DNA of 64,000 nucleotides, taken from NCBI GenBank assembly GCA_965248135.1, contig CBDFIN010000007.1, positions 126,386 through 190,385 of the forward strand, in the 5' to 3' direction. Position 1 is the first letter of the stretch. The number at the start of each line of letters is the position of its first letter. The notes below the pieces were generated by a model that was not told the origin of the DNA, ran no database searches, and saw nothing but the letters and a program-made list of their open reading frames with translations. Positions 46,424-57,600 of the stretch are shown here, piece after piece. The translations under genes and the position numbers were made by a program. Origin of the DNA: Rhizobiaceae bacterium. Its GTDB lineage: Bacteria; Pseudomonadota; Alphaproteobacteria; Rhizobiales; Rhizobiaceae.

Positions 46424-47639
46424 CCCCGGTTCAACTCCGAAACGCAACATTTGTTTGCTGATGGAATATGATTTTTGTTTGCGGATTTGGTGGGCGGGGT
46501 CAAGGGCATTGTCGCGTAGCGATGCGCAGCACCCTTGAGGCCGACCGGAAAATCCGCAAAACTCGTCAAACCATTCCATTATGCCTTTGATTATTTAGCC
46601 AGATGGCTGCAATCCTTGTATGGGACACCACATCTCACGGAGGATATTATGCCCAAAGGACATCACCATCTGGCCTATGATCAAAGATGCCAGATTTACA
46701 CACTTTTGCAAACCGGTCTCTGCCGCGCCCAAATTGCCCGCCAGATTGGCGTTGAGCGTTCGACTATCACCCGAGAGTTGCAGCGCAACAAGGGCAAATG
46801 TGGTTATCGCTTTAAACAAGCGCATGACAAGGCGTGTGAGCGGCGCAAAAAGGCCTCTTGTGTGCCGCGTAAAATGACCGTTGAGCGCGTCGAACTCATT
46901 GAAAGCCTGCTGACGAAATGGCAGTGGAGCCCCGATCAGATCAGCGGCTGGCTGGCTCGAAACGGGCTCTTCGTCTCACACGAGTGGATTTACCGCCACA
47001 TCTGGGCGGACAAAAAAAAGGGTGGCAAATTATGGACTTGCCTGCGCCATCGCGGCAAAAAATACAATCGACGCGGCACGAAAACAGCCGGTCGCGGCCT
47101 CATTCCAGGGCGGGTTGACATTGAGGAACGTCCCGAAATCGTCGAAACCAAAAGCCGTGTTGGCGACTGGGAGGGCGATACTATCATCGGCAAAAACCAC
47201 AAGGGTGCCATTCTTTCTCATGTCGATCGAAAATCAAAATACACCAAGCTGGTTCTGTTGCGCGACAAATCAAAGGACAGCGTGCAAAAGGCCTGCGGCA
47301 AGACGCTTTCAAAGCTCAAAGCGTTCATCAAAACCATCACGTATGACAATGGCAAAGAATTCGCCGGGCACAAAAAGATCGCCAAAATATTGCAATGCGA
47401 CATCTATTTCGCCAAGCCCTATCACTCATGGCAGCGCGGCCTCAACGAACATACCAACGGTCTTGTTCGCCAATACTTCCCAAAGGGTACCGATTTCACT
47501 AAGCTGACAAAAGCCGAAGTTCAGATCGTCGAAGACAAGCTGAACCAACGTCCAAGAAAATGTCTCGAATACAAAACCCCATATGAGGCCTTTTCAAAGG
47601 AATGTGAGCAAAATGTTGCATTTCAATGTTGAAGGGGCG
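46424..47639 (+). mobile_element. IS30-family insertion sequence, copy B (1216 bp)
   Basis: It is the same length and has the same ends as copy A. I saw one difference (C at 14573 versus T at 46617). It is flanked by a 3-bp direct repeat ATT (46421-46423 and 47640-47642). Confidence 0.9.
46649..47632 (+). CDS. IS30-family DDE transposase (copy B)
   Basis: The protein is identical to the copy A transposase from MPKGHHHL onward, according to the ORF track. Confidence 0.9.
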   Translation: MPKGHHHLAYDQRCQIYTLLQTGLCRAQIARQIGVERSTITRELQRNKGKCGYRFKQAHDKACERRKKASCVPRKMTVERVELIESLLTKWQWSPDQISGWLARNGLFVSHEWIYRHIWADKKKGGKLWTCLRHRGKKYNRRGTKTAGRGLIPGRVDIEERPEIVETKSRVGDWEGDTIIGKNHKGAILSHVDRKSKYTKLVLLRDKSKDSVQKACGKTLSKLKAFIKTITYDNGKEFAGHKKIAKILQCDIYFAKPYHSWQRGLNEHTNGLVRQYFPKGTDFTKLTKAEVQIVEDKLNQRPRKCLEYKTPYEAFSKECEQNVAFQC

Positions 47640-48897
47640 ATTTTATTCAGTATGAGTTGAACCGACCAGGTGATCCAGCCAGCCGGGTTGATAATCTGGT
47701 CACCGTTTTGATGAACCTGCTTGAGCAGACCGGCAGACAAAGCGGTGGTGACGATCGCATCTGGCAACAGGCAGCTGAGCAGTTATTGCGCAATGTGTTG
47801 ATGATATTGGTAACAGCGCGCAAAGAATTCAGTCTTCTCGATATTCAAAAATTCATCGATGCCATTCCACAAACCGTACAGGAAACCAAAACATCAAGCT
47901 GGAAAAATACCGACACGGCTAAATATCTGATTGACGCGAAGGCTGCATATGAGAATGCGAATCGCATCGCAGATTATGAAGCAATCCACCATTACCTCAC
48001 AGTGCAATTTCCGTCACTTGCAGCCCGAACACGGTCTTCCGTGACATTTACTTTGTCGGCTACTTTGCAGGATTTATTGGTTGGTGCCACCCGAGAATTA
48101 TTGACCACGGGGTGTAATTTTTTTCCGGAGGACACCCATGAAGGAGCCATCATTATATTGGCGATGCCAGCAGCAATCAAACGCTCTTATGCAACCGCGC
48201 AAACACTGTTCAAGGTCGTCTGGCAAATGGCCGCACTCAGGCGCATGGAGCATGTCAATGAACAAACACGACCAATCTTCTTATGGATAGACGAAAGTCA
48301 CCTCTTTGCATCCGATTTTGACACAACATTTCAAAGTTTGGCTCGCACTTCAAGAACGTGTTCTTGCTGGCTAACACAATCCCTGAGCAGTTACGTCCAC
48401 CGTCTTGGAGGCAAAAACCCTGAACACACGACACGCGCTTTAATGTCATTCTTCCAGACCCATCTGTTTCATGCTCAGGCGGATCCGGCAACAGTCGATC
48501 ACGCGCAAAAATTATTTGGTAAAGGAGAAATCACACGGTTCAATCAGCAACGATCATCGGTGCAAGGCACCAACTGGTCGCATTCCAGTGGTGGCCAAAC
48601 GACCTACAGCGGACACAGTAATTCAGATGGTAGCTGGGGTTCAGCGAGTGGTGGGGGTTCGAATTGGTCTGACGGCGAAGGAGGAAATCAATCAGATACA
48701 GTCGGTCATTCCACTACTACCACAATGGAAGAAATATTGCAGGCGTCTGATTTTGCCGGATTAGCAACCGGAACCGATCAGGTTGATCAATCACGCAAAC
48801 ATTTACGCGGCATCTCGCAAGCCTGGGTGTTTCGCACCGGAAGGCCATGGGCGGATGGCAATATGCATTTACTTGCACAATTTGACCGTCGGTTGCC

Positions 48898-49635
48898 ATG
48901 AAATCACGTAGGCCACGGATTCTCCCACGTATCGTGTACTTCGTGCTGTTGTCTTTTTCCGCACCATTATGGTTGTTGTTGCGATCTTGGTATGGCCCAC
49001 GGCTTTATTTCATACTTTTGATTGCCTCCTTGACGCATCCATTCGCCTTGCTTTGGTTTTCGATGCTGTTAGATACATTGGATTTTGAGGATACTGCGAA
49101 ACAGCTTGAGCATTGGTTAGATTGGTCTACTTCTATAATAATCCTGGGGTTTGGAATTCAACTCGTAATTATTGTCTTGCAAATTACGGCGATTACAATT
49201 TCTCGCATGTGGCGATCTCATCCCGCGTTTGCGGGATCGTTTTTGCTTTGGCCGGCATCACGCCGAACCTTTCCATTCGATTTCATCGGTTTGGTGGCGC
49301 TTGCCTACATATTGCCATTAGGTGTTCCACTGCCACCAATGACTATTCTGGACATCGCGGTAGCTCTGCCACCGCATCAGATTGATGATGCAGCCATCTT
49401 CATTGCCACCATCTATGGTTTGCTTGTCATTGATATCACTTTTAACAACGGCAGACTGCGGTTTTTCGATTCAGGTGAAGAGCCAAAATCACATCCGAGA
49501 ATCAAACCCAAGCCTGCAAATAAATTCCAAACGCGTATCAGCAAAACGGCAAAGCCTTCAGCCGAAACACTTGGCGAAATATTTTCCCGCCGTGACAAGG
49601 CATTGAAAGACATCAACCAATCGGTTGACCGATAG
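48898..49635 (+). CDS. Hypothetical polytopic membrane protein, translationally coupled (ATGA) to the coupling-protein gene
   Basis: It has several hydrophobic segments, for example IVYFVLLSFSAPLWLLL, YFILLIASLTHPFALLWFSMLL and IIILGFGIQLVIIVLQITAITI. Confidence 0.6.
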   Translation: MKSRRPRILPRIVYFVLLSFSAPLWLLLRSWYGPRLYFILLIASLTHPFALLWFSMLLDTLDFEDTAKQLEHWLDWSTSIIILGFGIQLVIIVLQITAITISRMWRSHPAFAGSFLLWPASRRTFPFDFIGLVALAYILPLGVPLPPMTILDIAVALPPHQIDDAAIFIATIYGLLVIDITFNNGRLRFFDSGEEPKSHPRIKPKPANKFQTRISKTAKPSAETLGEIFSRRDKALKDINQSVDR

Positions 49636-49829
49636 TAAATGAAATAGTGTGAATTTTGCTGTAAGTGCGCACGAAGCTGATTGCTTGGGATAGAAATCCA
49701 CTTTTGTTTGACGCTATTCACCAATCCAATCAGTATGCGCGACTATATGGGTTATATTTTACATAGCAATTCTGATTTCCGTCAAATTCACGCAGCATTC
49801 TCTCCAAACAATATGCAGAGTTTTGATTC

Positions 49830-51026
49830 GTGACAATTTCCCAAGAGCAATTGTCTATTCTTCGCGACCGAATGGAAGAAAAATTGGGATGCGCCACATT
49901 TCGATCCTATCTTTCGGATGCTAATTTTGTAGCGGATGTCGCCTGCACCAATGTACAATTGATAGTTTCATCAAAATTCAGGGCCGATCGACTTAACGAA
50001 CACCACAAGTTCGATATCCAGAATGTCATTTCACAGGTGTTCGGGAAATCGATCAGTCTGGAGATTGAGGCAAATTCACACTGCGGGCAGCCAGAAACCC
50101 AACAGCTATTCGAGGCCGATGAGCAATATAATATGTTTGTCCCAACCATCTCGGAAGTATCGATAAAAGATGACGTGCATCTTATGGGAATTGCACCATT
50201 CACTCTCCAACCGCGCGGCGACACCCGTACCAGGCTTTGTTACAGAAATATTGACGGCATGGACATCGATATTAAAGCGCACCCGGATTATGGGCTTCCC
50301 ACCCCGATGGACTTTAACATCGTTCTAATGATGGAGAGCCATTTGGCGGCGAGTGCCAATCACTACCGAAGAGCGCTGAACTACTATCAAACCATGAAAA
50401 AAACTGGTCGAACTATCGAGAAACCTAACCCGCCACCAAGGGTGTTTCGCCCCACAGTTAAAGAGATCATGGAATTCACACGCGATCACGACACCAAACT
50501 TGGTAAACGATATGGAGGTAAACAGGCATCTGTCCTTGAGCTAAGGCTGGATAGACTTAAGAACACCAATGCTAAAATTCGCCAAACCGGAAATCGCCGA
50601 AAACGCGTTGGAACATTTAGTTATATTGGCGATTGGCGCGTGGTTTCGGAAACAGAAACAGGCAATATAGAGCAGGTAGAAATTGAGTATCCTGACTGGA
50701 TTTATGCCGGGATTGTTGAGGCTGTCAGGCCTACTATTCTTACATATGACGATGATTATGAACTGCTAAAACAGCCAATTATGATGTTTCTTTACCGGGT
50801 CTTGCGTTCCAAAGTGACCGATAATCATAAAGAATTTTATTTGGAGGATCTGCATCGTCGTAGCGGATCACGTCAACCCCTGAAAGAATTTAACCGAACA
50901 CTTATAGAACGCGTTGATGAGACGGAGAAACAAGGATTCTTTGATTGGAGTTTATCAATCCAAGGCAATGCGAGGCAACGCAAATTGGTGGTCACAACAA
51001 GGGTACCAGCCTCTGAAGAGCCATAA
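49830..51026 (+). CDS. Replication initiator protein A-like (RepA/RPA family)
   Basis: DYGLPTPMDFNIVLMMESHLA resembles the conserved G(L/I)xTxxDxDILIxLxS box of the RPA family as I remember it. The gene is immediately followed by an iteron array. The start is GTG. Confidence 0.55.
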   Translation: MTISQEQLSILRDRMEEKLGCATFRSYLSDANFVADVACTNVQLIVSSKFRADRLNEHHKFDIQNVISQVFGKSISLEIEANSHCGQPETQQLFEADEQYNMFVPTISEVSIKDDVHLMGIAPFTLQPRGDTRTRLCYRNIDGMDIDIKAHPDYGLPTPMDFNIVLMMESHLAASANHYRRALNYYQTMKKTGRTIEKPNPPPRVFRPTVKEIMEFTRDHDTKLGKRYGGKQASVLELRLDRLKNTNAKIRQTGNRRKRVGTFSYIGDWRVVSETETGNIEQVEIEYPDWIYAGIVEAVRPTILTYDDDYELLKQPIMMFLYRVLRSKVTDNHKEFYLEDLHRRSGSRQPLKEFNRTLIERVDETEKQGFFDWSLSIQGNARQRKLVVTTRVPASEEP

Positions 51027-51062
51027 CAAGGGCAGGTCGTATCAGTTGTCAGCATTTTCTGT

Positions 51063-51418
51063 TCGTACTATGCCCCACTATGGGACAATCTCCTCAACTC
51101 GAAACAAATAAAATCTCGTACCATGCCCCACCATCAAACAGAATTTAGCCAGATGCTGACTATTATTGCAGTTTTGGTGGTCTCAACTTGACTTTCATAA
51201 GTGTCGGCAAACCTGTTGATTTCTCGTACCTTACCCCACCATTTACCGGACTATGCTACACCAAACACGTACCATGCCCCACCATCACTCGTACCGTGCC
51301 CCACTATCGTTCGTACCATGCACACCGCACTTTTGTTCTTATTCAATATGTTAGATCACCCCCTTTTTCTTATTCCTATATCTTCTTTCACCAACCGTCA
51401 CGTACTGCGTCCCACCAT
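51063..51418 (+). promoter_or_regulatory. Seven direct 19-bp iterons (consensus TCGTACCATGCCCCACCAT), a candidate replication origin
   Basis: The copies are at 51063, 51116, 51224, 51267, 51289, 51311 (degenerate) and 51400. The three central copies are spaced exactly 22 bp apart. An A/T-rich stretch of about 60 bp (51330-51390) separates copies 6 and 7. Confidence 0.7.
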
Positions 51419-51523
51419 AGAACGCAATTGCAACTGCAATGGTGATAATGTCGATGTAGCGACAGAAACCAAAATACAGAAAGTATCGGCCTCAGTCGGC
51501 CAATAAATATTACATTAAATAGC

Positions 51524-51548
51524 GTCTGCATACGCAGACAATTTTTTT
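51524..51548 (+). terminator. Rho-independent terminator-like hairpin
   Basis: GTCTGC-ATAC-GCAGAC followed by AATTTTTTT. Confidence 0.5.
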
Positions 51549-51869
51549 GCACCTACCCTACGTTCGCTATGCTCACTTCGCCCCATCTCTTCGAGATGGC
51601 CTACAAGAATAGCTTGGCATGGAAATGAGAGTTTGGCAGCTGCCAGCCTAACAGACAACCAAATGATTGCTGGGAAGTCCTGACGTGTGCCACAGATGCC
51701 CGTGTTAGGCTTTAGTGTCACTTCACCGCCCCAGCCAAGAACTAGCGTTCTAAGGCGAATTTTGGTAGACGAAATCTATAATCTTCTTTAGGAATTAGTT
51801 AGGGCGATAGTCATCAAATAACATTAGTTATTTCAGTATGTTAGCGGCTTGCCTTATTTGACCGTCCAT

Positions 51870-52420
51870 CTAACATGCTGCAATTATTGATGTATGTCGT
51901 GTTTTACGCACTTTATTACTGTCGATGGCGGTATATTGGAACCGGCGGATATTCTGACCTCTTTTGCCTTTGAATGTCAGAAACTTAACATCCATTTGAA
52001 TCTGGTGACCAGGAACTTGTTTGTTGTAGCGCTTGGTGTGTATTTTCCGCATTCGGGTGCCGCGAGAGAGACGGTTCAGACCATTGCGCCTGAGGATTCG
52101 ATAGACTGTGGCATCTGATAAATTGAGGCCATGATATCTCGCCATATACCACACGATCCTCATTGGGCCGAGATGGTATTTGCGGCGAAGAGGTTGAACC
52201 CTTCCTCAATTACAGGGTCCGTTCTATTTGCGTGCCGCTTTGTAATTGGTTTGGCATTAATCAACCCGGCTTCACCATGCTTTTGATAAGCTTCTCGCCA
52301 TCTGTAGAAGCTGGATCTGCCGACCCCAAAATACCGACAGGTTTTGGCGACATGACCAATCTTTTCAGCATATAGAAGAATGCTTAGTTTGCGATGAATT
52401 TCGCGTTGATCCTTGTTCAT
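51870..52420 (-). pseudogene. IS481-like (rve DDE) transposase remnant, frameshifted and 3'-truncated
   Basis: The HTH part is CRYFGVGRSSFYRWREAYQKHGEAGL (52160-52420). The next frame has IVWYMARYHGLNLSDATVYRILRRNGLNRL...VPGHQIQMDVKFL...FQYTAID. Similarity is then lost, and the remaining DDE residues are missing. Confidence 0.65.
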
Positions 52421-52641
52421 TAAAATCTCCTTCTTCCCAAATCTGGGAGTTTAAAGAAAATGTCCCGCGAATACCGGCATATCTACAAAATAGTCGAGTA
52501 TGTTTATATTGGTCACGGCTCACCTCTTTGATTTTGAGCTGTCCTGTGAATCACAGTTCAGCAAAAAAGGGAACCGTCAGATTTTCAAGCGATTGCCATG
52601 CAATTCAGTGAAAACTTGCATATAACTCAAAAAATAGATAA

Positions 52642-54582
52642 TTGGGTTTTAAAGGGTTCATTGTGAATACAGCAATACGCGGCGATTTACCGGGATGGCT
52701 CCTGGATCGAATTGATTCCACATCTGACGAAGAGGTGCGCGAAGAAATTGAGATTAAATTCATTCTTCCGAAAAATAACTGCCTCACCGCAGTGAAAAAA
52801 AACAACCCCAGAATACAGAATATTGAACAGATCTATATTGATATAAATGTATTAAAAGAGACCGCAGTAAATATATTGCCGGACAACTGCGATACTTATA
52901 CCGAATGGCGTGTCAGGCGAAATAATGACGAGTATTTTGTGACCGGAAAATCTGAAACCGCTACAAGTATCACTCGCAATGAATTTCAAAGGCCAATCAG
53001 CACAGAAATGTATAATTCCATAATAAAAACAACAGGTAAGAACAAGAATACAAAATCGGTCAAGAAAATCAGGCAATCTTTCGAATTGACCGTTGGAAAA
53101 GAAACGATTTTGGTTGAGGTCGATAATTTCAAAGAGGTGGCAGGGAATCCCGTGAATCTGGATTTCGTTTATTGCGAGTTGGAACTGAAAAGCAAACCAC
53201 TGGCAAGATCAATTCAAAGTGGGCTGGTCAGCATTGGGGCATTGGAAACATTTGTTGTCGGCTTGGAGGTCACCAGATTTAGAGAATTTAAAAATGCTTG
53301 GCTTGCTGAATACGGATTTCCGGCAGAGACATTTCATAAAGTAAATGCATGGGTGCAAAACGCTTGTACTCGCGAATTTCAACAAATGATATGTAAAGCA
53401 GACCCCAAGGAAATAGGGCATGTTATGTTGACACTAGAGCAACGTAATCAAATTGGGAAATCAGAACTCAAATCCAGCGCAAGTGCTAAACCGCCGCTCG
53501 CGGAATTGCGTTTTGACGTGGGAGATACTTATGGCCGGTCGGCACGAGTTCCCGAGAAATTCAATATTGCCGACAATCACGGCTATGGCTGGTTGCGTGA
53601 CTTTCAAAAAATTGTTTCTTCAGATCCATTTCTCAGACTATTTTCCAAACCGCAAATATTTAGACCAGGGCTGGGAAACAATACCACCACGACCAGAGGA
53701 CAGCACACGCTGGATGTAATATCAAGCGCACAAAATATTGCCAATCAAACCGGGTTAAACGATCACCTCGCTGCGGCAATAGCCGCATTGCACGATTTGG
53801 GGCATCCCGCCGGAGGGCACAAGGGCGAAGAATTCCTGTCAAAATTGAGCAGGCAGTCTGGCGATGGAACATCCATCTTGTTTAAACACCACATTTATTC
53901 TCTTTCACTGGCAGAAATATTTGATTTTAACCTGCAGAGAGAAGTGCAAATTGGCGCGTTTTATCACAAGTCCGGTGGCAAAAAACTCACTGCTCCCGCC
54001 AATTGTCCCCAAGAGTTTGGTGTTGTCAGAATTGCCGACAAAATTTCCTATGTACCTTGGGATATTCACGATTCGATCAAGAATAATTTCTTGAAAAAGG
54101 GTGATGTTCCCCAATGGATTTATGATGAATTGGGCTCTGAGCCACCCGATTGGATTATTACAATGATCGACGCAATTGTTGATGAAAGTCAGCAGGAGTT
54201 TAGTGTAACATTCTCTGAAAAATCGGGAAAGGTTTTTAAAGCCTACGAGGCTGCAAGGAAAATTGTGTATGATAATGTGCACAGTAAAATATTTTGGCAA
54301 ACTCTTGAGGTTCAATACGAGTTATCTTTTCAGATACTTAAAAATTCATTCCCCGATATCGATCCGATTCCGATTCTGGCTTATATGACTGACTCTGAAA
54401 TTGAACAGATCGCAAAACATGCAGAAGCCAATCCAATTGGCACAAGTATTGACTTGGAATACTTAAAGGATACAGGAATGGGAGTGGTTGAGATATTGGA
54501 GCATTTAGCGAAAATCAAGGAAGCGGGGGAGTGGGACCAGAAGGTATTTTTCCATCATATGGAACGCCACCGCCTAAAGTAA
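52642..54582 (+). CDS. CYTH-like domain fused to a dGTPase-like (Dgt/SAMHD1-type) HD phosphohydrolase domain
   Basis: The N-terminal CYTH signature ExExK is in EEIEIKFILP, with WRVRR and a late strand LDFVYCELELKS. The C-terminal HD domain has RGQHTLDV...IAALHDLGHPAGGHKGEEFL and VVRIADKISYVPWDIHDSIK (compare the dGTPase boxes HDIGHxPFGHxGE and ADDIxYxxHDxxD). The start is either TTG 52642 or GTG 52663. Confidence 0.72.
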   Translation: MGFKGFIVNTAIRGDLPGWLLDRIDSTSDEEVREEIEIKFILPKNNCLTAVKKNNPRIQNIEQIYIDINVLKETAVNILPDNCDTYTEWRVRRNNDEYFVTGKSETATSITRNEFQRPISTEMYNSIIKTTGKNKNTKSVKKIRQSFELTVGKETILVEVDNFKEVAGNPVNLDFVYCELELKSKPLARSIQSGLVSIGALETFVVGLEVTRFREFKNAWLAEYGFPAETFHKVNAWVQNACTREFQQMICKADPKEIGHVMLTLEQRNQIGKSELKSSASAKPPLAELRFDVGDTYGRSARVPEKFNIADNHGYGWLRDFQKIVSSDPFLRLFSKPQIFRPGLGNNTTTTRGQHTLDVISSAQNIANQTGLNDHLAAAIAALHDLGHPAGGHKGEEFLSKLSRQSGDGTSILFKHHIYSLSLAEIFDFNLQREVQIGAFYHKSGGKKLTAPANCPQEFGVVRIADKISYVPWDIHDSIKNNFLKKGDVPQWIYDELGSEPPDWIITMIDAIVDESQQEFSVTFSEKSGKVFKAYEAARKIVYDNVHSKIFWQTLEVQYELSFQILKNSFPDIDPIPILAYMTDSEIEQIAKHAEANPIGTSIDLEYLKDTGMGVVEILEHLAKIKEAGEWDQKVFFHHMERHRLK

Positions 54583-54685
54583 AATCTTCAAGGAATTCTA
54601 CCAAATAGTTAACAGGAGTGCCTTGTTTTTATTGCCCTTTGTTGTAAAGTTGCTGCATAAATTGATTGGTTGATTTGAGGGACTA

Positions 54686-57600
54686 ATGCAAAGACCCTTT
54701 GTTGTAAATCTGGTTTCACACAAAGGCGGTGGCGGGAGAACGACCGTCGCGGTCTCACTTGCGGAAATTTTGGCTGTCCAAGGCAAAAACGTCCTCCTGA
54801 TAGACATGGATTTTGAAGCTCCGGGCATTCCATTGTTTACCAATCGGTGGAACACGGAAAAACTTAAATCCATCATGGATTTTCAGCCAGAAAACCTTGT
54901 CTGTATTGCCGATATTTCGCCTGCTAAACCCGGGCAAAAACCGATATCCGAAAAAAACAATGTTGGATCGACTCGTTGCCGGATTCCAGGCAGTGTGGAC
55001 TGCCTGCAGATGACTTTAGAACATATCAGGGAGGGGTTGCCGGATATTTCAGATGCCAACATCAAATGGAATCAAAGCGTCGTTTCTGATATCTTACAAA
55101 CATTCCGAGAAAACGACAGTATTGGGAAAATTGAAGTCCAGGTACAGAAACAAATGAGGGATTACATCTATGAGTATATTCCCAACTCAAAAAAAGAAAT
55201 TTCTGGAAGTCAACCAACGAAACTGCCTGCCCGAATATTTTTACTCCCGTCGGGTGGATGTTATTTTAGAAAATCGAAAGAAACCATCCGTTGGGAATAT
55301 TCTGGAACCAATTATTACATCCTAGATAGCATGAGTTCTGACGAGACGGCGCGCAGTAAGATCGCGCAGCCATGGTTGCCGCGAGAATTTGTTTTCAATG
55401 GCGTAAATTTGACGGCGACGCTGGTCAACGCCGCAGTTTACCAACTTGACAAGATAAATGCGTCTGTTGATTACGTAATTATTGACCTTCGCCCGGGAGA
55501 TGATGTGGTCACAGGTGCAAATTTCAGTGCTTCTGATGGTGTAACCTATACCAGCGCGGCGTCCCGGGGGGCCATGAACGGGATAATAGAAGATATTAAA
55601 ATTCATAAAGATGCTTATTTACCACAAAAAGAGGGGGAAAGAAATGATCGAGTACCAAAAATATTCGGCTGCTTTATTGATAAACTCTCTTTTGAGGCCC
55701 GGAAAGATTCCAGAAATTATGCGCAAGAAAATGTTGACGATCTTGGCTACCCCGATGTTTTTGATATTGTTAGTGAAAAAGATGATTGCCTGAAAAATAT
55801 CGGAAAAATTGATTCTATTGGTAGAACCATGCAGGTTGCGTGCCATCATGCATATGGAACGCTAAACCAGATCCCGCTATTTCCATGGAACAATGCCGAT
55901 ACAAAAGACAAGGCTTTCGATGTCGTTGGTTCGGTCGATACTATTTGGTCCACTCTCGGGCTAAAAAAATTCCGGCCTGCAAGTTTACTACCGCTGCCTT
56001 TGGATAACTATACGTTGACCGTCCAGGAACGCACCTTTGAATTGACGGACTGGTCGAAGCGTGTTGCGTTCTGGAGTGACAATTCCGTTCTTCAAAATGA
56101 TCCGATTGGAGCGGGTGCCAATTGCATAGCGCTCGTATCAGCCGAATATCGCGATAGTTTCTCAGATCCACAGACCGTACCAATTAGATATTTCCAGGGG
56201 GATTTTAAGGGCGACTGGATCTGGCGAATGGCGAATGCGCTGGGCCTCAAATGTACAGATGGAAATGAATCCGGCGACACCGCGAAAAAAATAATGAGTG
56301 TGTTGGACAAGGCGCCTCAATCTATAAAAGAACTCGATGGGGAGTTGAGCTCCGGTGCAGTTCTTGATTCGTATTATTTCGTACTTGGAAAATTGGTTAA
56401 TTTAATTGCGCAGGATTCAAATGAAAAATCTGAATATGAAACAATATTGCAACTATGTGATGCTGCAATTAGCGCTTTTGAATGCCGCGAAAGCCATTTG
56501 AAATATGACGGCCTGAAAATAAATCTCAAGATACTTCAGGCGAATACCTATTTCAAATTGGCGACCATTGAATTTGACTTGTACGAACTGAACAATGCTC
56601 GCGATCACTTTAAGAGAGGGTTGAAGCTCTTTACCGAAGTCAGGGAGATTTCAAATACCAGCGGGGATTCGCTTCTGAAGCTGGACGCAGACAAGTATGA
56701 GAACCTGCGGAAAGATGCGGACACTGAAAACGTGTTGTTTTTTCTTAATTACTTTATCACTGAGAATGAAGCCAAGGCTACGGAATTGATGGGCAAGACC
56801 GATAATTCTCTCGTAATCTCATTGGTCGATTGGTTTGAGCCACTTCTGAAACTATGGAGTAAACCGGATTCAGTACCCAAAAGGTTGGAAATATGGATCG
56901 AAGATTATAATCTTTCTGATATTGCATTTTTTCTAGCCGCGACCGGTTCTACGCCCTTGAAGAACCTTTCAGACAAACTGTTCAAAGCCTTGACTTCGGC
57001 ACTCGACAATAACTGGGCGACCCTTCAATTTTCAATAAGAGCCCATATGTTACCCTGCTATTTACACAATGCCTGGGCCGGTTTGGCATTCAGCAGGGAT
57101 AAGCCAAACGACGTATTATCCCGCCGTTTGGACGATATTTACCGTCAAACCAATGCGTTTGGTGGATTGAAAAATCGGGCCAAACTGCAAAACTGGGCAG
57201 GAATTGCCAATCTGGAATTGGCAAAGGTAATGTTTTTAGACAATTCCATTGATGCGGCAACTGAGTTTTCGCGGCGGGCGGCATCCCTTCTTTTGCGTTC
57301 AGCTATTAACGACCATGATATTTCCGCCTGGTTTTTACTGGCAATCGCAAGAACAGTGACACGCAGGTGCCTAGAAGAAAGAGTCGGCAATTCAGCGGAC
57401 TCAAAAGACAAAGAAATATTGTTAAAGAGGATATTGATCGTACGACGGGATGCGTTTTATGCCTACGAACAATGGCACGCCCTGGCATCTGCAGATGTAA
57501 CCCGAGACGATAATCAAGATCATTTCAATCCCGAAAAATGCACAATGAAGTTCCTAGATGAAGGGAAGGCAAAATCAAATAAAACTGCATTAGCCTTGTT

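Larger units (their letters stand above)
45949..48901 (+). pseudogene. Conjugative coupling-protein-like P-loop ATPase (TraG/TraD/VirD4-like), interrupted by IS30 copy B
   Basis: The N-terminal part has Walker A FGGNGSGKTTGSG. The C-terminal part has IFLWIDESHLF (Walker B-like) and a Gly/Ser-rich tail. Removing the IS and one TSD copy joins ...EPWRFN|FIQYELNRPGDPASRVDNLV... in frame. The family assignment is moderate, because no N-terminal TM segments are seen. Confidence 0.65.

Noticed and set aside
51188-51506. ORFs 51188-51445 and 51201-51506 (His/Pro/Thr-rich) downstream of repA.
   Set aside because: They are translations of the iteron array. The repetitive peptides mirror the 19-bp repeats, and there is no RBS.
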